Source: a virus. Taken from it: 64,000 bases of DNA. The stretch is taken from IMG/VR virus record IMGVR_UViG_3300045988_167691. The stretch is one strand, 5' to 3'. This document shows, one piece after another, positions 25,433 through 34,531 of this stretch. The translations under genes were made by a program, and so were the position numbers. Every line of letters begins with the position of its first letter. Position 1 is the first letter of the stretch. The notes under the pieces are model-generated. The model made no database searches. It saw nothing but the letters and a program-made list of their open reading frames with translations, and was not told the origin of the DNA.

Positions 25433-27538
25433 TTATTCCCCCTTCATTTTTTCTTTTACCCAAGCAGCAGCAGTCCTTAGAAGGATTTCTGACGATAATC
25501 CCGCCAATCCCCCAAAAGCAATTTTTGAAACAGAAGAAGACGTTGCGGAATCTTTAGAAAACAAAAATTCAGATGCCTTCTTTATATCTTGCGTTAAGCC
25601 ATCGTTAGCAAAATAAGTATAAATACCATTTATAGTATTCAATATCTTACCTAATCTATCCATATTCGCTTCCCCAATACCAATCATCTTATTCTCATAG
25701 GCTGACATCATCTTTTCTCCTGCCGTAACAGTTCTTTCGGCAGCAGTAGGAGCGTATCTGTTTGTCGGATCATTCTGCGCTTGGAGTGCTTGGCTTGATT
25801 CTTTGACCACCTCAAACGTTTTTTTATAATCCAGCGTTCCCGTTTCCGTAAGCGCATTAATGTCCGTATAGGTCAATTTCGTAAAAGCACCCCGCATCAA
25901 ATGACGAAGTGTTTCCAGACTTCCACCCGCCATTTGCGTTAAAGCATCGAGAAAACGCTTCATTACGTTTTCATCGCCTTTCCCTTTTGTCAAATCATCC
26001 AAAGCAGCAAGAATTTCAGAAGGAGTTGTCGAACCGGTAGCTTGCTGGGCTGCTCTGAACAAAAGTGTCTGTGTCACCTCGTCTTGTGAAATTCCTTGTC
26101 CCATAAAAGCCTGCTGTACGCGCTCCAATTGCCTACCTTCCATTCCTGTCTGCAAACGAACGGCACGCATGATAGAAGCTATGCTTGCTGCATCTATTTC
26201 ACCTGTACGAGAAAGAATATCATCGGCAGAACGGATAAAGGTAGTCATACTTTCATCCATTGTAGAGGCAATCTCACTAAGAGGAATTTGAAGCTGTTTC
26301 ATTGTCTGCTCAAATGAACGGATAATAGCAGATGAAGAAGCTGTTTGTCCTTCCTCTGTACGGGCAAAACGCATCGCCCCTTGCATTCCCATTACAGTAC
26401 GATCACTAAGTCCATATAAACGCTGTACAGCCATCAAACTTTGTGTTTCCGGTACAGGTGCAACTGTTTCTTCCTTTCCTCCTGCGGCACGGATAAGTGC
26501 AGCACGCCTTTGAATATACTCTCCTACATTCATTCCAAGAGCACCAGCAGCATAACTACCTTCTCCAAAGGCTGTGCGCATGGCTTGTCCTGCGGAAACG
26601 CCCATTGTCTGCGCATAAGGTATGGTTCTCTTTTGCGCTTCCATAGCCTTTTCAACAGATGTAGTGAAAATTCCCGTCATGACATTGGCGACCGCAGTGG
26701 TTACACCGCCTAAAAATCCCCCTACACCAGGTATCAAAGAAAGACCTTCTCCCACAATTCCGCCCAAAGAAGATATAAGTCCTCCACCCATAGCAGCAGG
26801 ACTTTGGAATGTAGCTCCAACACCGGAAATCACTCTTGTGGCAATGTTAGTAGCTGTACTTCTGTCACTTCCTCTTTGTACATTTTCCCTTCTTTCTCTT
26901 GTAATAGGTGTTTCTTCTCTTGCTGGCACTGGTGATGGTGTGGGCACTGGAATAGGCCGTATTCCCGATCCACCCACAGAAGAAGTTCCTCTTTGATTGT
27001 ATAGAGTTTCATCAACAGAAAAGACACCTTCTTGTATTCCCTCTAAAGCGCGTGCTCCTGCTTGCACGTTTTGAAGAATTTGCTTTGTTATATCAGACAA
27101 ATCGCTATTGCCGGAAGAAATAGCTTCCACAATATCACGAAAACCTTCTTGATTGACACCAAGCAAAGCTGACAAGTCGATAGCTCTTGTTCCTCTATCT
27201 TGATAGGATTCGCCTCTTTCATCAGAAATGTCCGCTTCTGGTTGCTTTCTTCTTCTCCTTCGTGTGGGTGCTGTAGTCTCTTGTTCCTCTCCTTCCGGTT
27301 GTGGAGTAGGCTGAACAACTGGACGTGTGGGTGCTGTAGTCTGTCTACCCTTTTCAGAATTTTGCTGTCCCAAAAGGTTCAATTGTTCCCTAAGTTGGTT
27401 AAGATCGTCGTTCTGCTGGCGAATAATGTCGTTGTTGTTCTCGACTATTCTTCGCTGCATATTCTCGACATCTCTCCCGACCGACCTAAGTTGAGAGACA
27501 TCCACCGACACCCTAAGTCTTTTTTCGTTATCAGCCAT
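25433..27538 (-). CDS. tail tape measure protein
   Basis: 701 aa directly after the chaperone pair. It has an N-terminal coiled-coil and Gly/Ala-rich hydrophobic stretches (GGLISSLGGIVGEGLSLIPGVGGFLGGVTTAVANVMTGIF). Confidence 0.7.
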   Translation of the reverse strand: MADNEKRLRVSVDVSQLRSVGRDVENMQRRIVENNNDIIRQQNDDLNQLREQLNLLGQQNSEKGRQTTAPTRPVVQPTPQPEGEEQETTAPTRRRRRKQPEADISDERGESYQDRGTRAIDLSALLGVNQEGFRDIVEAISSGNSDLSDITKQILQNVQAGARALEGIQEGVFSVDETLYNQRGTSSVGGSGIRPIPVPTPSPVPAREETPITRERRENVQRGSDRSTATNIATRVISGVGATFQSPAAMGGGLISSLGGIVGEGLSLIPGVGGFLGGVTTAVANVMTGIFTTSVEKAMEAQKRTIPYAQTMGVSAGQAMRTAFGEGSYAAGALGMNVGEYIQRRAALIRAAGGKEETVAPVPETQSLMAVQRLYGLSDRTVMGMQGAMRFARTEEGQTASSSAIIRSFEQTMKQLQIPLSEIASTMDESMTTFIRSADDILSRTGEIDAASIASIMRAVRLQTGMEGRQLERVQQAFMGQGISQDEVTQTLLFRAAQQATGSTTPSEILAALDDLTKGKGDENVMKRFLDALTQMAGGSLETLRHLMRGAFTKLTYTDINALTETGTLDYKKTFEVVKESSQALQAQNDPTNRYAPTAAERTVTAGEKMMSAYENKMIGIGEANMDRLGKILNTINGIYTYFANDGLTQDIKKASEFLFSKDSATSSSVSKIAFGGLAGLSSEILLRTAAAWVKEKMKGE

Positions 27539-27875
27539 CTTTCTCTTTATTTTCTTTTGCCTTCTGTTCCATCTCGATCATTTTAAACATCTGATCTTCA
27601 TAAAAGGCAGTATCTTGTTCCGAAATTCCACCTTCCGGTGCTTTTAGCCAATCTCCAATATTAGGAATATATTCTTGTTTTTCTTTTTCTTCTTTTTCCT
27701 GTTGCAGTTCATAAAAAACTTTGTCTTCCTCAAATTCCATAAGTTCTGCAAAGAAATCACATTTCTTATGTTCTTCTGAAAGAAACGGGATTTTATGCTT
27801 GTTCCTATACCACCTATCAATAGGAAACATATTGTCCCATCTTATGACAAAGTTTTTATATTCTTCTCGGTTCAT
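27531..27875 (-). CDS. tail assembly chaperone, second ORF (gpT-like, -1 frame relative to the first)
   Basis: 114 aa. Its start overlaps the upstream stop as ATGA, and it sits between the tube and the tape measure. Confidence 0.5.
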   Translation of the reverse strand: MNREEYKNFVIRWDNMFPIDRWYRNKHKIPFLSEEHKKCDFFAELMEFEEDKVFYELQQEKEEKEKQEYIPNIGDWLKAPEGGISEQDTAFYEDQMFKMIEMEQKAKENKEKDG

Positions 27876-28213
27876 CAGTCTACAGATGAAAGTATTTTTT
27901 CAGCTTCTTTCAAGAACGGAAATACATCTTGCATATAAATATCACAAATTTCTTTGTAATCTTTCAGTCCCAGCTCAGAGAAACTTTTTACTTTCAAGTC
28001 AGACATCAATTGCGGACATAAAACAGAAATAGCAGCTTCCACATCTATCATGTCCAAAGCACGCTGTGCTGAAATAGTTGGGTTGCCGATCATGGAATTA
28101 TAACTTCCTTTACCAAGTCTCTGTTTATTTACCTCAATTTGGTAATACTGCCCTACATTAGGAAATTGAATTTCGTACTTTCTTCCTTTTACTGTAATTT
28201 CTTTCGTATTCAT
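27875..28213 (-). CDS. tail assembly chaperone, first ORF (gpG-like)
   Basis: 112 aa in the canonical position. An A6 run (27895..27900) lies 27 nt before its stop. Confidence 0.5.
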   Translation of the reverse strand: MNTKEITVKGRKYEIQFPNVGQYYQIEVNKQRLGKGSYNSMIGNPTISAQRALDMIDVEAAISVLCPQLMSDLKVKSFSELGLKDYKEICDIYMQDVFPFLKEAEKILSSVD

Positions 28214-28265
28214 ACTTTGTTTTGTGATTAATTTGTTGATATATGCAAAGATAGTAATAAAGCAG

Positions 28266-28293
28266 AGAAAGCAGAACTTTTGCTCTGCTTTCT
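28266..28293 (-). terminator. hairpin terminator after the P63C gene
   Basis: agaaagcaga-acttttgc-tctgctttct, a 10-bp stem 12 nt after the stop. A TAtcTTTG -7 box (28246..28253, minus strand) follows it. Confidence 0.5.
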
Positions 28294-28304
28294 AAGATAA
28301 TGCC

Positions 28305-29249
28305 TCAATAAATTTCAAATGAAGTATTCTCGATTGTATTCATAGCACAATCAAAATCATCAGAAGTATCGTCTTTCTGAATTTCTTCTTCGAACTCCGA
28401 CTGTAATTGTACAGGAACAGTTTTATATTTCAATTGGAATAAATCATCAAACTGTTCTTTTGTCTTAGAAATAGACATCAATGTTGTAACTTCTATAATC
28501 TGTTTCTTTAAATGCTCTCGTCCAATTTCAGGAGTTAAAGATTGATGCCATTTGTATTTCCAATTCCCCTTAGAAGTCTTTCCTGTCTTTTCTTTAATCT
28601 TATCCACAACACCTTGCGGAAGCAGTTCGTAAATATATTTGCTCGTCAATTTACCAATAAAAGAAGGTTTATTTCGAATATATTTAGGAACGAACGGCAA
28701 CCCCCATAACCTATAAATATTTTTATAAAAATCATCCGTAAAAGTAAGCTGCCATTTTAATATTTCGTCAGAAATGTAAGCGTTAAGAATTTTTTGAAGC
28801 TCAAACCTCTCTCTGTCATATTGATAACCTGTAGCTTCATCGACCAAAGAAATAATACCTACTTTGGCAAAAGATCGAACCAATACTTCACATTGATCTG
28901 CAATTATCTTTTGTCTATCTGTCAATTCAATATGTTTTCTCGCTTCAAGCATCCCATCACAAATATCTACTAACACAGTAGCTTCATATCCATTAATTTT
29001 CAAAACGCCATCATAGCATTCTAAAGGTTCGAAATGGGCCGGGTCTAAGTTTCTGAAAATAAATGGTTTAAGTGTCAAATTATTTAAAATAAGCCCTATT
29101 TTTGTGCCACTATTTTTATTCTCAACTATTTTCAAAGATTGCTGAATCCCCCTACCTGAAATAACTCTCGTTCCGTTTTCCAAAACATAGCAAGGGATTG
29201 AAAAATCTCCTAACTTTAGTTCTCCCTTACATTCAATCTTATTAATCAT
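28305..29249 (-). CDS. P63C-domain protein
   Basis: 314 aa. The N-terminus ...KGELKLGDFSIPCYVLENGTRVISGRGIQQSLK matches my recollection of the P63C family start. The call is from memory only. Confidence 0.45.
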   Translation of the reverse strand: MINKIECKGELKLGDFSIPCYVLENGTRVISGRGIQQSLKIVENKNSGTKIGLILNNLTLKPFIFRNLDPAHFEPLECYDGVLKINGYEATVLVDICDGMLEARKHIELTDRQKIIADQCEVLVRSFAKVGIISLVDEATGYQYDRERFELQKILNAYISDEILKWQLTFTDDFYKNIYRLWGLPFVPKYIRNKPSFIGKLTSKYIYELLPQGVVDKIKEKTGKTSKGNWKYKWHQSLTPEIGREHLKKQIIEVTTLMSISKTKEQFDDLFQLKYKTVPVQLQSEFEEEIQKDDTSDDFDCAMNTIENTSFEIY

Positions 29250-29250
29250 A

Positions 29251-29631
29251 TTATTTCTCGTTTAAATTATTTTTCAAACAAAATCTTATCCTTCTTATCA
29301 TTTCCCATGCGGTACGCTGACTAACATCTATTCTATTGCATAAATCAACAGAAGTTATTTCTTTGTCCTGTAGGAATAACCACACAGCTTTAAACCACTT
29401 TATAAGTGGAGTTGATGTTCCAAAGAAAATAGTTTTTGTTTTCGCATCAAAAGTCCTGTTTGTGCTACAACAAAAATACTTTCGTCCTTTTATTTTTACC
29501 TTCGCTTCCTTATCATAAGGTGAAATAGGATAACCGTCACCCCATTTAAGAAGCTCCAAAAATCTAACACAACTTTCCTCTGTCGGAAAGGCCACATCTA
29601 AATCTTCTAAACTTTTGAATCTACTATTCAT
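29251..29631 (-). CDS. IS1595-type transposase N-terminal (zinc-ribbon/HTH) domain-only protein with its metal-binding Cys lost
   Basis: 126 aa. FPTEESCVRFLELLKWGDGYPISPYD...YFCCSTNRTFDAKTKTIFFGTSTPLIKWFKAVWLF...SQRTAWEMIRRIR follows the Zn_Tnp_IS1595 pattern. The first CPxCG is replaced by ISPYD and no DDE domain follows. Confidence 0.5.
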   Translation of the reverse strand: MNSRFKSLEDLDVAFPTEESCVRFLELLKWGDGYPISPYDKEAKVKIKGRKYFCCSTNRTFDAKTKTIFFGTSTPLIKWFKAVWLFLQDKEITSVDLCNRIDVSQRTAWEMIRRIRFCLKNNLNEK

Positions 29632-29654
29632 AAAAATAATTTTTAATTACGCTA

Positions 29655-29685
29655 CAAATATAGTAAAATATTTCAACAACACAAA
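29655..29685 (-). promoter_or_regulatory. Bacteroides-type promoter for the IS1595-like/P63C pair
   Basis: The minus strand reads TTTG-19 nt-TATATTTG, the consensus -33 TTTG / -7 TAnnTTTG, 24 nt upstream of the ATG. Confidence 0.55.
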
Positions 29686-29711
29686 ATAAATATAGTTTTT
29701 GCTGCAAAAAA

Positions 29712-29739
29712 AGTAAGGTGAGGTAAATCTCACCTTACT
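29712..29739 (-). terminator. rho-independent terminator after the sheath-tube operon
   Basis: agtaaggtgag-gtaaat-ctcaccttact, an 11-bp stem followed by TTTTTT on the minus strand. A second 11-bp hairpin lies at 29821..29860. Confidence 0.65.
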
Positions 29740-29913
29740 AAAATTATTTATTATGATTAATAGAAATATTTCGCTTCACAGCGATGAATGCAAAGGTTAA
29801 TTGATATATAAATACGGAGAAAGGTAAGAACTTCGAGAATAAATCTTTGGTTCTTACCTTTAAATTATGTTAATGATAAAATATTACGTTGTAACCTATT
29901 AAAAATAAATAAC

Positions 29914-30396
29914 TTAATATTCAGTAGTTGTAACTGGGAAAAGGTAGCGAATATTTACATTATAGCTTGCAACTCCTTGCGTTTGCAACTGCCAATTCTG
30001 ATTTTCAATGAAACACGGAGTTAAAAGAGCAACCGTCTGCCCTGTCGGATCAACCTGCGTCACCATCTTACGGGCATCATCAAAGTTCTGAACCAATTTC
30101 TTATAGATCATGATAGAGAAACCTTGTTCTGCGAATGTAAGAGTGTCCAAAACTTCCTGCAAAGTTCCCAACCGATGAATCATTGCTTCTACCACCGGAG
30201 CTTTGAAAGACAAAAAGAACTGATCCACAGTTGCGGAACATCTGTAAGATACAGGTGGGATCTCCTGAATAGGCAAACTACCCAATCCCTGTACATCCAC
30301 ACGATTGATCTGTTCCTGTACGGTAATATTTCTGACAAAACCAGCCGTTTCATTGCCGATTTTGATATATGCCATAGGTGCGCTAAATGTCTGCAT
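29914..30396 (-). CDS. tail tube protein
   Basis: 160 aa immediately downstream of the sheath gene. Its size and position are typical of contractile tails. Confidence 0.6.
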   Translation of the reverse strand: MQTFSAPMAYIKIGNETAGFVRNITVQEQINRVDVQGLGSLPIQEIPPVSYRCSATVDQFFLSFKAPVVEAMIHRLGTLQEVLDTLTFAEQGFSIMIYKKLVQNFDDARKMVTQVDPTGQTVALLTPCFIENQNWQLQTQGVASYNVNIRYLFPVTTTEY

Positions 30397-30419
30397 GATA
30401 TTCTATATTTTTAGAATTA

Positions 30420-32063
30420 TTATCCACGAATTAAGAAGCCTGTAAAGAACAACTTATTGATTTCATTGTTGACAACAATCTTATAAGTAACAAACCAAGC
30501 ATCTTCCTGTCTTGTTACGACAACATCTTTAAAAGAAAGAAGCAAGTTATCCTGTGCTTCCGTTGCTACTCTGGATTGCAAATAAGCAACCGTCCAATCC
30601 TTCACCGCTCCGGCAGACAAAGTATTGACGTTTACACCATTTTCCTGTCCAAGCAGATCAATAGAAGCATTTACAACCAATTCCTTGTTAATCTGTGCGA
30701 CAATACGCATGAACTGAATGCTGTGGCTCTGACCATTGGAGTTGAATAACACCTTGTTATCTTGCAAAGTATTCACACCCTGCAACACAACAAAATTGTT
30801 AGTGTAGTCATTGTAAACCGTCACAAGCATACCAGCATCCAAAGCCTTCGTTTTTTCAACTTCACTCAAAGTATGCTGTAATTTGTCAATACCGATCGTC
30901 TTGTTTGTAACAGGAATATAAGGCGGTTTTCCAGCTGTTCTTCCCAAGATACAACACAAATTATACATCACACCCCACCAACGTGTTTTTACACCTGTAA
31001 TACCGGAAGTCATGCCTGCGCCTCCATGTACCAACTGGACAAGCTCACTATTAAAGCCTTTTGCCAAATCAAGTGATTTAGAGAAATTAGCAGCATCAGC
31101 ATATCCTCCAACAAACAAGAAATGGGTGTATTTTGCCTGGCTGTTCATGTGGGCAATATACTGTTTCTGTAACGCAGAATCCGCATTTTGTCCAAACTGA
31201 TCTGTAAGAGCAAAACTATAATCCAACCCTGTGATAGCAGAAAGAGCCTGTGTCATGTAATCGGCATTATAAGTTTCCGTACCGCCTTTTGCAAGTACGA
31301 ATTTCTTTCCTGCAAGTGCCGTTGTTACGTCGTTTCCCACTACAGTTCCTTCACCTTCTTTCTTTGCATTGCTTGTCAATACAAACAAATTCGCAAAATT
31401 GGAGTCTGATTTAGCCCAATCAATCAAAGTCTGAATATTATTAAATTCAGGCGACTGCAATACCAAAGTAGGTGCTGCCTGATCTTCCGGTGTTTCTCCA
31501 ATAGGATAACCATCCTCTGCATAACCGGTAAAAGAGCCAACGTAAAACTTCATGATCCATTTTTCAGGATCATCTTCTCCTGCCACAATAGAAACGCCAT
31601 AACCAGTAATCAGATTGTCAGCTTCCGAAAGTGTACCATTTGCTCCCTTTCCTTCGTCCAAAGTTTTAACTTCAAATGTTCCGCCTGCCGTTGTTGCAAA
31701 AGTGATAGTGGCAGAAGTTGTCTGTGCAGCTCTAACAAACAAAAGCTGTGAAATACCAGTAGAGGCAGGATTTGAATAGTCCGGTGTAAAAAGTGCCTCT
31801 GCAATTTTCCAATACATACCGCCTTTCATGAAAGAACGAAACTCTGCCAAAGTATCAAATCTATATACAGAATCCAATCCCTGAAAGTTTTCCCCAGATA
31901 CACCAGAGCCACCGCACCAATTTGCACCATAAACTCCTGTGTCAACTATGATGCAACGACCGTAATCAAGCGTTCTCGAAGGGCTTGTTTCTGACGTTGT
32001 GATCCGACTATAAACACCCGGAAGGGTTATTTGCTTGTTATTGAAAATAAAAGATGTGCTCAT
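30420..32063 (-). CDS. contractile tail sheath protein
   Basis: 547 aa. The N-terminal ...ITLPGVYSRITTSE is a typical sheath start, and a tube-sized ORF follows. Confidence 0.7.
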   Translation of the reverse strand: MSTSFIFNNKQITLPGVYSRITTSETSPSRTLDYGRCIIVDTGVYGANWCGGSGVSGENFQGLDSVYRFDTLAEFRSFMKGGMYWKIAEALFTPDYSNPASTGISQLLFVRAAQTTSATITFATTAGGTFEVKTLDEGKGANGTLSEADNLITGYGVSIVAGEDDPEKWIMKFYVGSFTGYAEDGYPIGETPEDQAAPTLVLQSPEFNNIQTLIDWAKSDSNFANLFVLTSNAKKEGEGTVVGNDVTTALAGKKFVLAKGGTETYNADYMTQALSAITGLDYSFALTDQFGQNADSALQKQYIAHMNSQAKYTHFLFVGGYADAANFSKSLDLAKGFNSELVQLVHGGAGMTSGITGVKTRWWGVMYNLCCILGRTAGKPPYIPVTNKTIGIDKLQHTLSEVEKTKALDAGMLVTVYNDYTNNFVVLQGVNTLQDNKVLFNSNGQSHSIQFMRIVAQINKELVVNASIDLLGQENGVNVNTLSAGAVKDWTVAYLQSRVATEAQDNLLLSFKDVVVTRQEDAWFVTYKIVVNNEINKLFFTGFLIRG

Positions 32064-32265
32064 AACTTATTGATTTTCAATTAATTATCGAATTTATATG
32101 ATTTTATCCCGTCTATCCTTTCTAAATAATTGGATGGTAATGTAGATCGCTTTTCCATATTTTCATCTTCCCATAATGGTTGAAGGTTTAAATAATGATT
32201 AGCAATAGACATTCCTTCTTCAAATTTGTTTTTCCAAAGGTAATCATTTTTCAATCAACGTACTA

Positions 32266-32961
32266 TCAACTTCCTTTAATTTCCGATTCTACTCCTGGAA
32301 GTCCGTCAGTAATAGCTGGATTGCCAAGAGCAATACTATCCACTTGGTTGACCTTTCCAAAGATGATCTTTCCAAGTGAAGTTGTATCCACAAGTCCTGG
32401 AGCTATTTCTTCCGAAGATAATTCCAATCCTATGGAACGAATAAAAATAGGAGTTGGCATCAAATGGTTCTCCATCATCAGTTCTTTCATGGAAAACTCT
32501 ATTTTAAGAAATTGAGAAGCCAATAAATCCCAAGAACCAAGTAAAAGCGCATACAAAACTTCCGACATCAGAATTGATTCATTCATGTTTACAGAAAAAC
32601 ACATAATTTCCAATCCATATTGTCTTGTATCTCTGTACATAGGAACACCGCCCATAAAAGATTCTATCTTACCTATGGAGTTGGCGATACCACTTTTCTT
32701 TCCCGGCTCACGAATCACATAAGATGGAAGTCCTGCTCTGTCCTTCGGATATTCCAGCAATACCTTTATGTTGTTAGGGTTTGTTTCTTTACGCAAAAAC
32801 AAATTCTTTGCCTGTTCATAGAAGTTGTAAGAGCCATCCTGCGTGTCTCCCAACACCTTATACAAGAAAGAATCCTTTTCATTGTTTTTACTTTCAAAGT
32901 CAGTCTGAACATATTCCAAACAACTTTCTACAATCTTTTTTATTTTAACTATCTGTATCAT
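32266..32961 (-). CDS. neck / tail-completion protein (hypothetical)
   Basis: 231 aa between the head genes and the sheath. The call is by position only. Confidence 0.35.
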   Translation of the reverse strand: MIQIVKIKKIVESCLEYVQTDFESKNNEKDSFLYKVLGDTQDGSYNFYEQAKNLFLRKETNPNNIKVLLEYPKDRAGLPSYVIREPGKKSGIANSIGKIESFMGGVPMYRDTRQYGLEIMCFSVNMNESILMSEVLYALLLGSWDLLASQFLKIEFSMKELMMENHLMPTPIFIRSIGLELSSEEIAPGLVDTTSLGKIIFGKVNQVDSIALGNPAITDGLPGVESEIKGS

Positions 32962-32963
32962 AA

Positions 32964-33731
32964 CTAAATAGCCTTTAAAAATTCGTTTATAACCCTATCC
33001 GCGACAACATCTATTTTAGCTTGTTCAAGAGCCTTGTCCATGAGCTTATATGGAATAATACCACCATTCCACCAACTGTTAGGATCAGAAGCGTCACTTA
33101 CCCTTCTCCATGTAAAGTAACCACTTCTTGTTTCGTTTGCAGTAGAAGCAATGTTTACTTTCGTCAAGCCTTGATAAATAGGTGCTTTGTGCATGTAAGA
33201 TGGTTTGTTTACTCCCAACCTGTTTATCTCTTTCCTCTCTCCTTTTTCGGCAAACCTTCCTTGTAAATTTCCAATTCCCAGTCTTCCTGTCTTTCGAACT
33301 GCATCGTAAATCTGTTGAGGCATTATAGTTGAAAACAATCCAGAATCCGCTACCGCTTCCGAAGTTGCGTGACGGAAAGGAATATCAATGTACCAACCTC
33401 CACCTTCCGCTTCTTTTCTTTTTGGGGAATTTCTAAATCCTTCTTTTTCATCAAAAGGTGGTTGCCCTTCTTCTATCATTAAAGGAATAGAAGATTCTCT
33501 ATTTGTCAATCCAAATGTAACAGACAAAGGGGATTCCCTTTCTATGAAAACTCCCCTTTTATATTCATTCCTTGTCTTATGAAGTTCGCTTGATATAAGA
33601 TTTTGCCACCTAAGCTGATATTCCGAGACAACCGCATCAATAATGGAAGAACCTAAAAACACAGATTGATCCCCTGAAAGATTAAACTCTTCCACAAGAT
33701 CACCTAAATCTATGTTTATCGGTAAAATCAT
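32964..33731 (-). CDS. neck / head-tail joining protein (hypothetical)
   Basis: 255 aa. The call is by position only. Confidence 0.35.
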   Translation of the reverse strand: MILPINIDLGDLVEEFNLSGDQSVFLGSSIIDAVVSEYQLRWQNLISSELHKTRNEYKRGVFIERESPLSVTFGLTNRESSIPLMIEEGQPPFDEKEGFRNSPKRKEAEGGGWYIDIPFRHATSEAVADSGLFSTIMPQQIYDAVRKTGRLGIGNLQGRFAEKGERKEINRLGVNKPSYMHKAPIYQGLTKVNIASTANETRSGYFTWRRVSDASDPNSWWNGGIIPYKLMDKALEQAKIDVVADRVINEFLKAI

Positions 33732-34519
33732 TCCACCACTTTCATTTGTATGTTATCGTTCAAAATAACGCCAGAACCGTCGAAATTAGGTTTTTCAGAG
33801 ACTATCAAATGCGTTCTTCTTGCTACCGCCTGGATAGGAAGCCTTGTTCTTTCCAATTGTCCTGATTCCTTATTCTTTTTCCATGAAGCACGTACTTCGT
33901 GTGGGAAATCCAATACATGAAACTCCAGTTGATGCTGATAATAAACGCTCACAACTGGGTTTAAAGCCATATCAGCAGTCAAAATTATGCAATAAGGATT
34001 CGCATCACTTACTTTGTAATCTGCCACTGAAAGTTGTCTTAAAGGCATCGTAGAACCATCAAACACATGTATGCTGTATATGGATAACGGCTTATAAGTA
34101 GTAAATATGAAAAAGTTCTCTCCGTCTGTTCTGACAGGAAGATTTTCGCTGAAATAAGAATATTCCTTTTGAATTGTGATCCTGTCAAAATACCCCATAT
34201 TCGGTTTATCTGTATCCGTCACCGTTACATTGATAGTTCCTATCAGTTCTTCCGACCAACGTTTATAGTCGTTGTTTCCGTTTATTCCGGCTATGAGTGC
34301 ATGTGTACTTACAGGGTTCACATAAAAATATCCTGTACCGAAACAATTCTGACAATCCGTCAAAGGAGAATCTGGCGCGTTACAAGGACATCTCAAAGCC
34401 TTTTCGATTACCACCTCATATCCTTTCAAATACACAGCAGAATCGAACTCTGAACGCATAAATTCAGGACTTGCATTGCTTAAAGCCGGAATAGGTGATT
34501 GTAAAATGCTTTTTGCCAC
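33728..34519 (-). CDS. neck protein with a DnaJ-like CxC...CxxCxGxG zinc knuckle (hypothetical)
   Basis: 263 aa containing CPCNAPDSPLTDCQNCFGTGYF. Confidence 0.35.
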   Translation of the reverse strand: MAKSILQSPIPALSNASPEFMRSEFDSAVYLKGYEVVIEKALRCPCNAPDSPLTDCQNCFGTGYFYVNPVSTHALIAGINGNNDYKRWSEELIGTINVTVTDTDKPNMGYFDRITIQKEYSYFSENLPVRTDGENFFIFTTYKPLSIYSIHVFDGSTMPLRQLSVADYKVSDANPYCIILTADMALNPVVSVYYQHQLEFHVLDFPHEVRASWKKNKESGQLERTRLPIQAVARRTHLIVSEKPNFDGSGVILNDNIQMKVVE

Positions 34520-34531
34520 GATACGTCCTCC

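Noticed and set aside
27860-27880. CUGAUGA (hammerhead-like core) on the minus strand at the chaperone ORF junction
   Set aside because: No adjacent GAAA or stem II/III arrangement is present. The heptamer is simply the ...GAC TGA / ATG AAC overlap of the two ORFs.
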